The position numbers were made by a program, and so were the translations under genes. A DNA stretch of 55,247 nt from Thermoplasmata archaeon (GTDB lineage Archaea; Thermoplasmatota; Thermoplasmata; Lutacidiplasmatales; UBA184): contig JASHOP010000098.1 in NCBI GenBank assembly GCA_030041075.1, positions 1 to 55,247 on the forward strand, given 5' to 3'. Under the pieces are notes generated by a model. It saw nothing but the letters and a program-made list of their open reading frames with translations. It did no database searches and was not told the origin of the DNA. Position 1 is the stretch's first letter, and each line of letters begins with the position of its first letter. Below are positions 44,837 through 52,921 of the stretch, piece after piece.

Positions 44837-45244
44837 TCAGGCGTACTTACCCTTCGGGCGAAGGAACCGCACGACGTAACCGTCCGGGTCGTTCACCATG
44901 AACGCGGTGCCGTAGAGTCGTTCCGAGAGCGGCGAGTCGATCGGTGCCTTCGCCGCCTTGGCCAGGTCGTAGATCTTCTCGACCGGGTCCAGCTCCACCG
45001 TGATCATCACGCCCGCGCCGAGTGGAGTGCTGACCCAGTCCGCGTAGTCCTTGGCCATCCCTCGACGGTCCGTCGGGATCCGCCCGAGGGCGATGACGGC
45101 GTCCCCGATTCCCACGCCGGCGTAGTTCAGCCGATCGTCGTCGCCCGTGTCCTCCCACCGGGTGTCGAACCCGAGCGACGAGTAGAACTTCACCGAGCGT
45201 TCCACGTCCTTGACGTTGAGCATGATGCTCATCTCGGCCCTCAT
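44837..45244 (-). CDS. VOC/glyoxalase family protein. The same frame stays open upstream to 45601, so the true N-terminus is uncertain.
   Basis: MLNVKDVERSVKFYSSLGF and GYVVRFLRP are present. Confidence 0.65.
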   Translation of the reverse strand: MRAEMSIMLNVKDVERSVKFYSSLGFDTRWEDTGDDDRLNYAGVGIGDAVIALGRIPTDRRGMAKDYADWVSTPLGAGVMITVELDPVEKIYDLAKAAKAPIDSPLSERLYGTAFMVNDPDGYVVRFLRPKGKYA

Positions 45245-45985
45245 CGGTGCTCCCCCGCTTCCCGACGACTGCGGGGGGTTAATAGGCTGAGGCGGACCGG
45301 ACATACCTTCGGGCCCTGAGAGGCGCTGCCCGCGGACGCGCGGCGGCGGACCTCGCACCGAACCATCGAGCGTCCGCGGAGTCGGCCGTCGGGTGACCGG
45401 AGCCCGTCCGGGTCGCGAGCCGGGATCGTTGGAGATCGCCGGCGCCCCCCGCGCCATGACCTCGGCGGTAGTGGTGCGGTCGTGAAGCTCGGCGACGGCG
45501 AGGTCCGTAACCCGCTCCCAAGCGGCCCCGGGCATCGCCGTGACGGTGAACGTGGGGGAAGAAAGGAGACGGCGGAGCGCCTCGTGGAACAACCCCGGCA
45601 CCGGCCGGACCCTCCCGCACCCCTTCGGGTGAACGTCACGAACCCGGCCAAGGCGACAGGGGGAAGCCGCCGATGGGCCCGGCGGGACTCGACCCCACGA
45701 AGGACGCCAACCGCCTTCGGGGTAAGCGATCCCGAAGGTATCGGCCGATGGCGATCGTTTCGGCGACGTGACCGTGCGCCAGGACCGCTCGCGCCGGAGC
45801 GATCGCCGGTCCTTCTCGAATGTGCCGGTCGAGAACCCCCCTGGAGCATTCCGCGAAGCGAGGGCCGAGCACGCCGAGTCAGAGTCGCCCTGCCCTTGCG
45901 AGCGCGCGGAGGGCCGGATTAGCCGGGCCGACCGCCCTCCGCGGACTCCCCGCCGTCCGACGGTCGCCGGTGCGTTCGACGTGGC

Positions 45986-46951
45986 CTACGGAAGGGTGAA
46001 CACGAGCCGCCGTTCCCCGCCGGTCCTTCCCCAGTGGTTCTCCACGCTCGGCATCGGTTGCACCTCGACGTCGACCCGGAACCGGGTGGACCGAAGGGCG
46101 GCCAAGAACTCGCGGGTCCCCTCGACGATCTCGTCGTCCGTGGAGGCACCGATCCCGCTGCCCCGGATCTCCAGACCCGAGCTCCGGAGCGTCGCCGACG
46201 GCAACGGCACCGTCGGACCGGCCATCGAGCCCACGGACACATAGCGCACGCTCGAGTTCCCCCGAGGGGCTTCGGGTCCGCCGAGCGCGCCGAGGAGTAC
46301 TTCGGCGGGCGGGCCCCACAAGTAGTCGATCACGACGCCGATCTGAGCGTCCCGGGCCAGCTCCCGCACCCGCGACCGGACCGACTCGGAAGGTTCGGCC
46401 AGGCTGACCACCGCCGTAGCGCCCAGGGAGCCCAGCGCAGCCAGCTTGGAGGGATCTCTTCCGGTGGCGAGCACCGACTTCGCGCCCAGGTGGCGAGCGA
46501 TCTGGATCGCGAGCCGGCCGGCTCCGCCGGTCGCCCCGTGGATGAGCACGGACTCTCCGGGTCGCACCGGAGCCAGTCGAGTCAACGGAATCCAGGCCGA
46601 CACGCCCGGGATCGCCGCGGCGGCGACCGTGACGTCCGATAGTCCGTCGGGGACCGGGACGGCTCGGCCCGGAGGGACCGCGACGCTCTCGGCCATCGCA
46701 CCATACGGAGGTCGCGCCCCCCGGAAGTACACCCGGCCGCCGTCCGCGGTTCTCCCGACCCCGTCGACCCCGGCCACGAACGGAAGCTGGCTCCCGGCGC
46801 TGTAGTGCGATCCCGAGGCTCGGGAAAGCACCAGGGGATTCACCGCCGCCGCGGAGACCGATACGAGGCGCTCGTCCGGCCGGACGGGCGGCTCCGGGAA
46901 ATCGCTCCAGGACGGCGGAGATCCGAACGCCCGGACGACGGCCGCTTTCAT
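45986..46951 (-). CDS. MDR-family (quinone oxidoreductase / zinc-type alcohol dehydrogenase-like) oxidoreductase
   Basis: MKAAVVRAFG and the nucleotide-binding region VLIHGATGGAGRLAIQIARHLGA are present. Confidence 0.8.
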   Translation of the reverse strand: MKAAVVRAFGSPPSWSDFPEPPVRPDERLVSVSAAAVNPLVLSRASGSHYSAGSQLPFVAGVDGVGRTADGGRVYFRGARPPYGAMAESVAVPPGRAVPVPDGLSDVTVAAAAIPGVSAWIPLTRLAPVRPGESVLIHGATGGAGRLAIQIARHLGAKSVLATGRDPSKLAALGSLGATAVVSLAEPSESVRSRVRELARDAQIGVVIDYLWGPPAEVLLGALGGPEAPRGNSSVRYVSVGSMAGPTVPLPSATLRSSGLEIRGSGIGASTDDEIVEGTREFLAALRSTRFRVDVEVQPMPSVENHWGRTGGERRLVFTLP

Positions 46952-47264
46952 GGCGACAACACCGACTTGACCCGCCCGTACATGGCCTTAGCCCAACCTC
47001 CTGAGGCTCGTGTACAGACCGTCGCCGAGCCCCCACGTCAACGGGAGGCGCGCTGGGTCCGGGCGCAGACGGCCGCTCCGCATACGGCGCCCGAGGACGG
47101 TCGTAGGCGGCTTCGGGGAAGGAATACCCCCGGGAGCCCGGCGAGGCGGGCGGGCCGCGGACTCCCGACCGACGCCGAAGTGAGGGTAACGCCACCTTTA
47201 TCCCGCTCGCAGAAGTCGAGGAGAGCCATCGAGGGCGTTCACCCGCGGGCCCGACGGATCGTCC

Positions 47265-48281
47265 ATGACCGCCGTCAAGAACGAGGTGCGGACCGGACTG
47301 ACCCCCGAGCCGGCGTCGCGCGCCACCGATCTGGCGATCCTGTACGAGCACCCCGCGTGGTTCGAGAAGGTCTTCGCCGAGCTCGATCGCCGCGGCGTCG
47401 ACTACGCGAAGCTTCACGCTCCCGACCACTTCTTCGACCCCGCCTCGCGGGATCCGCCCTGGCCGGTCCTGTTCAACCGGATGAGCCCCTCAGCCTGGCG
47501 TCGGGAGCACGGGAGCGGCCTGTTCTACACGCTCAGCTTCCTCAGCCATATCGAGTCGCTCGGCACGCGGGTCATCAACGGCTCGAAGGCGTTCCGACAC
47601 GAGCTGTCGAAGGCGCTGCAGCTGTCGCTGCTGCGGACGCTCGAGCTGCCGTTCCCGAAGAGCCGGGTGATCCACGCGCCCGAGCAGGCTCCCGCGGCGG
47701 CCCGGGGCCTCCGGTTCCCGGTCGTCCTGAAGCCGAACATCGGGGGTAGCGGGGCCGGCGTGGTCCGGTTCGAGCGTCCGGAGGACCTTCAACGGGCCGT
47801 TGCCGGCCACCAGCTCGCGCTGGGATTCGACCACGTCGGGCTACTGCAGGAGTTCATTCCGGCGCGCGGGGGGTTCATCACGCGGGTGGAGACCCTGAAC
47901 GGGCGGTACCTCTACGGCATCCGGGTCCACCTGAGCGGCCAGACGTTCGACCTGTGCCCGGCCGACATCTGCCAGACCACGGGCGGCCAGGACCTGACCG
48001 CCCCGGGCTGCGTGGTGGACGCGACCAAGGCCGGCCTTCGGGTCGAGGGGTACGAGCCGCCGGCCCACGTCGTCCGGGCGGTCGAGGCGATCGCCCAGGC
48101 CGCGGGGATCGACGTCGGGGGGATCGAGTACCTCGTCGACGACCGGGACGGCCAGACCTACTACTATGACGTGAACGCGCTCTCGAACTTCGTAGCCGAC
48201 GCTCCGACGGTCGTCGGCTTCGATCCGTTCGTCCGGCTGGTCGACTTCCTCGAGGAGACGATCGACGTTGCCCGACGATGA
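47265..48281 (+). CDS. ATP-grasp domain protein (RimK-like ligase fold, substrate unknown)
   Basis: FPVVLKPNIGGSGAGVVRF, LLQEFIP and IEYLVDDRDGQTYYYDVNALSNF are present. Confidence 0.7.
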   Translation: MTAVKNEVRTGLTPEPASRATDLAILYEHPAWFEKVFAELDRRGVDYAKLHAPDHFFDPASRDPPWPVLFNRMSPSAWRREHGSGLFYTLSFLSHIESLGTRVINGSKAFRHELSKALQLSLLRTLELPFPKSRVIHAPEQAPAAARGLRFPVVLKPNIGGSGAGVVRFERPEDLQRAVAGHQLALGFDHVGLLQEFIPARGGFITRVETLNGRYLYGIRVHLSGQTFDLCPADICQTTGGQDLTAPGCVVDATKAGLRVEGYEPPAHVVRAVEAIAQAAGIDVGGIEYLVDDRDGQTYYYDVNALSNFVADAPTVVGFDPFVRLVDFLEETIDVARR

Positions 48282-49329
48282 ACGCCGGCGCCTCCGCTTC
48301 GGCTACTGGATGCCGGTCTTCGGCGGCTGGCTCCGGAACGTGGAGGACGAGGGTATGGCGGCGAGCTGGCCGTACGTCCGCGACCTCGCCCTCCGCAGCG
48401 AGGAGCTCGGGTTCGACCTCACGCTGATCGCCGAGCTCAACCTAAACGACATCAAGGGGGTGCGGGCCCCCGCCCTCGAGGCCTGGTCGACCGCCGCCGC
48501 TCTCGCGGCCGTGACCCGCCGCCTCGAGCTCATGGTCGCGGTACGACCGACCTTCCATCTTCCGACGTTGCTCGCCAAGGAGGCGGCGAACATCGACCGG
48601 ATCAGCGAAGGACGCCTCGCCCTCAACGTCGTGTCGTCCTGGTGGGAGGAGGAGGCGCGAATGTACGGCGTCCCGTTCGACGACCACGCCGCGCGCTACG
48701 CGCGCACGTCGGAGTGGCTGGACGTGGTCGACGGCGTCTGGTCGAACGCTTCGTTCTCGTACGCGGGACGATACTATCGCGCGGAGAACACGGTCCTCGA
48801 ACCGAAGCCGCAGCGGCGGCCGCGACCCACGATCTACGCGGGCGGGGAGTCGGAGGAGGCGAAGTCGCTGATCGCGGCGAAGTGCGACGCCTACGTGATG
48901 CACGGCGATCCTCCCGAGCGCATCGCGGAGAAGATCCGGGACATGGCCTCGCGGCGCGCCGCCCTCGGCCTCCCGCCCCTCGTGTTCGGGGTGGCGGGGT
49001 ACGCGTGCGTGCGCGACTCCGAGGCGGAGGCGGGCGAGGAGGTGCGCCGGATCACCGACGTCCGCAGCCACGCCGCCGGCTTCGCGAACTATCGGCAGTG
49101 GCTCGCCGGGACGCAGCTCGAGCGGTCCATGTCGATCGAGGAGTACTCGGTATCGAACCGAGGTCTCCGCTCCGGTCTCGTCGGCACCCCGGCGGCGATC
49201 CGCGAGCAGATCACCCGCTTCGAGGCCGCCGGCGTCGACCTCCTTTTGCTGCAGTTCAGCCCGCAGCGCGAGGAGATGGAGCGGTTCGGCGAGCAGGTCA
49301 TCCGCCCGATGGCGCTCCCGGCGCGCTGA
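48268..49329 (+). CDS. LLM-class flavin-dependent monooxygenase, RutA-like by my recollection of RutA. The start is TTG 48268 or ATG 48310.
   Basis: FGYWMPVFGGWLRN, LEAWSTAAALAAVTRRLELMVAV and IDRISEGRLALNVVSSWW are present. The C-terminal part LLLQFSPQREEMERFGEQVIRPM is also present. Confidence 0.75.
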   Translation: MPDDERRRLRFGYWMPVFGGWLRNVEDEGMAASWPYVRDLALRSEELGFDLTLIAELNLNDIKGVRAPALEAWSTAAALAAVTRRLELMVAVRPTFHLPTLLAKEAANIDRISEGRLALNVVSSWWEEEARMYGVPFDDHAARYARTSEWLDVVDGVWSNASFSYAGRYYRAENTVLEPKPQRRPRPTIYAGGESEEAKSLIAAKCDAYVMHGDPPERIAEKIRDMASRRAALGLPPLVFGVAGYACVRDSEAEAGEEVRRITDVRSHAAGFANYRQWLAGTQLERSMSIEEYSVSNRGLRSGLVGTPAAIREQITRFEAAGVDLLLLQFSPQREEMERFGEQVIRPMALPAR

Positions 49330-49333
49330 CGCC

Positions 49334-50011
49334 GTGGCCGACCGGAGCGGCCCCGCATCGCCCCGGACCAGTCGCGCTCCCCGACGGGTCTCCTCGGGCC
49401 CGGCACGGTTCGAGGTCGTGGCGTCCCGGGCGAAGGTGGCGACGGTAGCGCGCGCGCTCCGCCGGCGCGGCCTGGACGTCGAGATCGTCGAGGGCGCCTC
49501 CGACGCACGCGCCGCGGTCCTGCGCTGCGTCCGCCCGTCGGACCTCGTACTGGAGGCGACGTCCGAGACGCTCCGGGAGATCGGACTCGTGGGCGAGGGA
49601 GCGCCCCCGGTCCCCTACCGGCGACTCCGGCCCGAGCTCGACCGGCTCGCTCGCGCGGGGCGCCGGGACGAGAAGCGGCGACGGGGCGCGAGCCCGGACG
49701 TCATCGTCGGGAGCGTCCACGCGGTCACGGAGCGGGGGGAGGTCCTGATCGCCTCGGGAAGCGGGAGCCAGCTGGGACCCTACGGGTATGGTGCCGGACG
49801 GGTGATCTGGGTCGTCGGCGCCCAGAAGATCGTGCGGGACCTGGCAGAAGGCTTCCGCCGAATCCAGGAGTTCGCCCTCCACCGCGAGGACGCGAGGGTC
49901 CGCCGCCTGGGCGGGGGCGGCAGCGTCGTCCACAAGCTCCTCGTCGTCTTCGGAGAGCACCAGCCCCACCGAGTGACGGTCATCCTCTCCCGAGGTCCCC
50001 TCGGGGTGTGA
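49334..50011 (+). CDS. LUD domain protein (LutB/LutC / YkgG-like, DUF162)
   Basis: VIVGSVHAVTERGEVLIASGSGSQLGPY and VIWVVGAQKIVRDLAEGFRRI are present. The GTG start lies 4 nt after the LLM stop. Confidence 0.6.
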   Translation: MADRSGPASPRTSRAPRRVSSGPARFEVVASRAKVATVARALRRRGLDVEIVEGASDARAAVLRCVRPSDLVLEATSETLREIGLVGEGAPPVPYRRLRPELDRLARAGRRDEKRRRGASPDVIVGSVHAVTERGEVLIASGSGSQLGPYGYGAGRVIWVVGAQKIVRDLAEGFRRIQEFALHREDARVRRLGGGGSVVHKLLVVFGEHQPHRVTVILSRGPLGV

Positions 50012-50883
50012 GCCGCCCCGGGGACTCGTCCCCTCTCGCGTCGACAGCATGCGCCGTAGGTGAAGCCCCTTCCCGGAACCCGATCTCCCGTACGGCCGGC
50101 AGCTACCCGACCGGATCGGCGACGGACACCCGGTGCCGTCGCGGGGGTGAGGCGGCGGTGGGAGGACTCGATCCTCCCGACCCGGTCGGACCGCGGAGCC
50201 GTTTCCGGCGGTGTCGGCACGCTTGGAGGGGTCCCCTACGCAACCTAGGCGGAGGTCTTTGCCGGGTTCGGGCCCGGGTTGGGTCGATCCAGGAGGGGGT
50301 ACGGGTCCGAACGGACTCGGATCATCCTTGTCGGTGCGTGGGCCCCTCGCCCAGGCGTCGGTTCGGCTCGCCGGGGAGGGCGAGGCACGGTATCGAGCAT
50401 GCTATCGACCGCGGCACGCCCTCGACGCTCAGGGTCAGGGGAATCCGTGGGGTCCGGTGTCCTGGGGGCCGAGGCCGTAGCGGATCCGCTCCGGCACCAT
50501 TCCGTGGAACTCGGTGACTTGTCACCCTGTCCGTCGAAGAGCGTGACCCGGGGTTCCCGCTTTCCCGGAGGCTCGGTGACGGGCGGAGCGGCTCCCCCGC
50601 GGCGAGACGGGAAACGCTCGAAGGAATAGCGCCAGCCGCGGCAGCGGGCTCCCCGGCCGGCGAACCGCGCGCTCGGCCGGCCCGCATCGGGCGCGCAGGA
50701 CCCACGCCGTTCTCCCGACCGTGCTCCCGGCGGCAGACCGCGATCGACTCGTCGCTACGACCTTGGGGGCGCGACGGGATGGAGGGAGGGCGCGGGTCGG
50801 CTCTGATGCCGAACGGATAGGGGGTCGGTTGGAAGGCCGGTACGACGGACCCGCCGACGACCCCGTCGTTGCGGGCCGGCCGC

Positions 50884-51402
50884 TCAGTCGGGATGCGGGT
50901 GGCGGTGCCCGGTCGATCCCCCGACGACGACCGGGGTCCCCAGAGTGTATCGACCGAAGGCGATGCCCTTGACCCCCCTCAGGTCCTCGGCGGCGTTGAC
51001 GACCTCGGCACGGTTTCCCGCGAGCCCGATGAGCTGCATGCACGAACCTCCCTCGAGGTGGACGTGCGAGGAGGAACGAACGTGGGGCCCCCAACGATGC
51101 TCCACGGCCGTCAGCCGCCGCAGCACGTTGGGCGCGTCGTGCCGGTAGATTAGCAGAACGCTGGCGACCGAGTCCGCGTCGGGGTTCCCGAGCTCGTGCT
51201 CGGCGAGCTCCTTGCGAATCAGGGCCCGGATGGCGTCCGAGCGGCTAGGGGAGTTGCGCTCCTGGACCCAACCGTCCAATTGGGCCAGGAGTTTGGGCTC
51301 GAGCGAGACGCCCAGCCGCACCACGTAGTCGCCGTGGCGCTTCCGGGCCCGACGGACCGCCGCGGTCTCCTGCCCGCGGCCCGTCCCCGTGCGTCGTGTC
51401 AT
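50884..51402 (-). CDS. nikR: Nickel-responsive transcriptional regulator NikR
   Basis: The ribbon-helix-helix N-terminus is VRLGVSLEPKLLAQLD. The nickel-site H-x-H-x5-C motif is HVHLEGGSC. The tail HRHPHPD is His-rich. Confidence 0.85.
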   Translation of the reverse strand: MTRRTGTGRGQETAAVRRARKRHGDYVVRLGVSLEPKLLAQLDGWVQERNSPSRSDAIRALIRKELAEHELGNPDADSVASVLLIYRHDAPNVLRRLTAVEHRWGPHVRSSSHVHLEGGSCMQLIGLAGNRAEVVNAAEDLRGVKGIAFGRYTLGTPVVVGGSTGHRHPHPD

Positions 51403-51479
51403 ATTCGTCCCCCGGGGCTCGAGCCAGCGCCCGCCGGGTCATAACGGTGAAGACGAGCGCGATCGGACCCGATCTCGCG

Positions 51480-51509
51480 GTGTTACGTTTTTAAGAAAGA
51501 GGAGAACAC
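51480..51509. promoter_or_regulatory. Inverted repeat GTGTT-N20-AACAC enclosing the TATA-like TTTTTAAG (51488-51495); candidate NikR operator/promoter of the Ni/Co transporter
   Basis: GTGTTACGTTTTTAAGAAAGAGGAGAACAC lies 6-35 nt upstream of the ATG at 51515, in the divergent nikR/NiCoT spacer. Confidence 0.4.
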
Positions 51510-51514
51510 ATTAA

Positions 51515-52714
51515 ATGGCCCACGACGTCTACGCGCCCGTGGCCCTGAACTCCGCCCGCGCCCCGAACCCGCTTACCGAGGTTCGAAACCCGATCGTCCT
51601 CTCTCGAAGCGAGTGGCTCAAGGTCATCCTGATCTACGTCAGCCTTGCGGCCGCCACCGGATTCGGGATCTACGCCACGTTCTGGATCGGCACCAAGTAC
51701 GCTATCTTCTGGGCGCTGGGCATCCTCGCCTACACCCTCGGGTTGCGGCACGGCGTGGACGCCGATCACATCTGCGCGATCGACAACACCACGAGGAAGT
51801 TGCTCCAGCAGGACAAGCGCCCGACAACGGTCGGGACCTGGTTCTCCCTGGGGCACTCGACGATCGTCGTGGCGATGATCGCGGTCCTCGTGATCGCCAC
51901 CCGGTTCATCGCCAGCAACCTTCCGACCTTTGAGGCCGACGGCGCGGTGCTTGGCACGTTCATCTCGGGCGCCTTCCTCTACGTCATCGCCCTGATCAAC
52001 TTCCTCATCTTCTGGGAGATCTACCTGATCTTCAAGGCGCTGCGCTCGGGGGCGTTGGACCAGAAGAAGCTGGACGAGACCCTCCTCAAGCGCGGGTTCA
52101 TGAACCGCTACTTCGGTAAGCTGTTCCGGTTCGTCAACGAGCCGTGGCAGATCTATCCGATCGGCGTGCTCTTCGGACTCGGCTTCGACACCGCCTCGGA
52201 GGTCGCCCTGATCGCCATCACGGTCACGACCGCCACCGCCGCCGCCCACTTTCCGCTTTGGATGGTGTTGGTGTTGCCGTTCATGTTCACCTGCGGGATG
52301 GTCCTGACCGACACGACCGACGGGTTCGGGATGCGCTTCGCGTACGGCTGGGCGTTCATGAAACCGATTCGCAAGGTTTACTACAATCTCACCATGACCG
52401 TCATCTCGGTCATCGTCGCCGTGGTCATCGGCACCATCGAGCTCCTGGGGGTGATGGCCTCGGAGCTCAGTCTCTCCGGCGGCCCGTTCGGGTTCTGGAC
52501 CACGATGAACTGGCTCAACAATTCGAACGGGCCCGACGGCATCGAGATCTGGGGGTGGTGCGGGATCGTCATCATCCTCCTCTTCGTGGGCAGCTGGGCG
52601 GTCTCCATCGCGATCTACCGCTGGAAGCGCATCGAGGACGTGGGCTTCGGTCAGCCTCCGGCATCCCCGGAGGTCGCGCCGACGGAAACCGGTGTCCCCA
52701 CGGAGTCCGCGTAG
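51515..52714 (+). CDS. HoxN/HupN/NixA family nickel/cobalt transporter (NiCoT)
   Basis: The signature LRHGVDADHICAIDNTTRK (HX4DH) and LGHSTIV are present in a multi-pass membrane protein. Confidence 0.9.
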   Translation: MAHDVYAPVALNSARAPNPLTEVRNPIVLSRSEWLKVILIYVSLAAATGFGIYATFWIGTKYAIFWALGILAYTLGLRHGVDADHICAIDNTTRKLLQQDKRPTTVGTWFSLGHSTIVVAMIAVLVIATRFIASNLPTFEADGAVLGTFISGAFLYVIALINFLIFWEIYLIFKALRSGALDQKKLDETLLKRGFMNRYFGKLFRFVNEPWQIYPIGVLFGLGFDTASEVALIAITVTTATAAAHFPLWMVLVLPFMFTCGMVLTDTTDGFGMRFAYGWAFMKPIRKVYYNLTMTVISVIVAVVIGTIELLGVMASELSLSGGPFGFWTTMNWLNNSNGPDGIEIWGWCGIVIILLFVGSWAVSIAIYRWKRIEDVGFGQPPASPEVAPTETGVPTESA

Positions 52715-52890
52715 GCTCGGCGTTCCCCCGGCCCTCGCGAACGGAAGCCGCCGGAAGGCGACCGGTCCGCTCGAGAGCCGGGAGCTCTCCGTACCCTGGG
52801 ACCAGCTCGTGCACCTAGGCGAGAGGCCGGGCTTCGCGCTCGGTCTCGCCGTCGACGCGCCCTGAGCGGGCGGCCCGCCTCCCGCGCGGC

Positions 52891-52898
52891 GATATCTA
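52891..52898 (+). promoter_or_regulatory. TATA-like patch (GATATCTA) upstream of the HTH-ferritin-like gene
   Basis: Lies 24-31 nt upstream of the ATG at 52922. Confidence 0.3.
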
Positions 52899-52921
52899 CC
52901 CGCTCCGTCTCGGTCGGGTCG

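Noticed and set aside
50510-50580. CTCGGTGAC occurs twice about 60 nt apart. I considered this as a possible CRISPR-like or tandem repeat.
   Set aside because: There are only two 9-nt copies, with no regular repeat-spacer periodicity and no cas genes. This is expected by chance in low-complexity GC-rich sequence.
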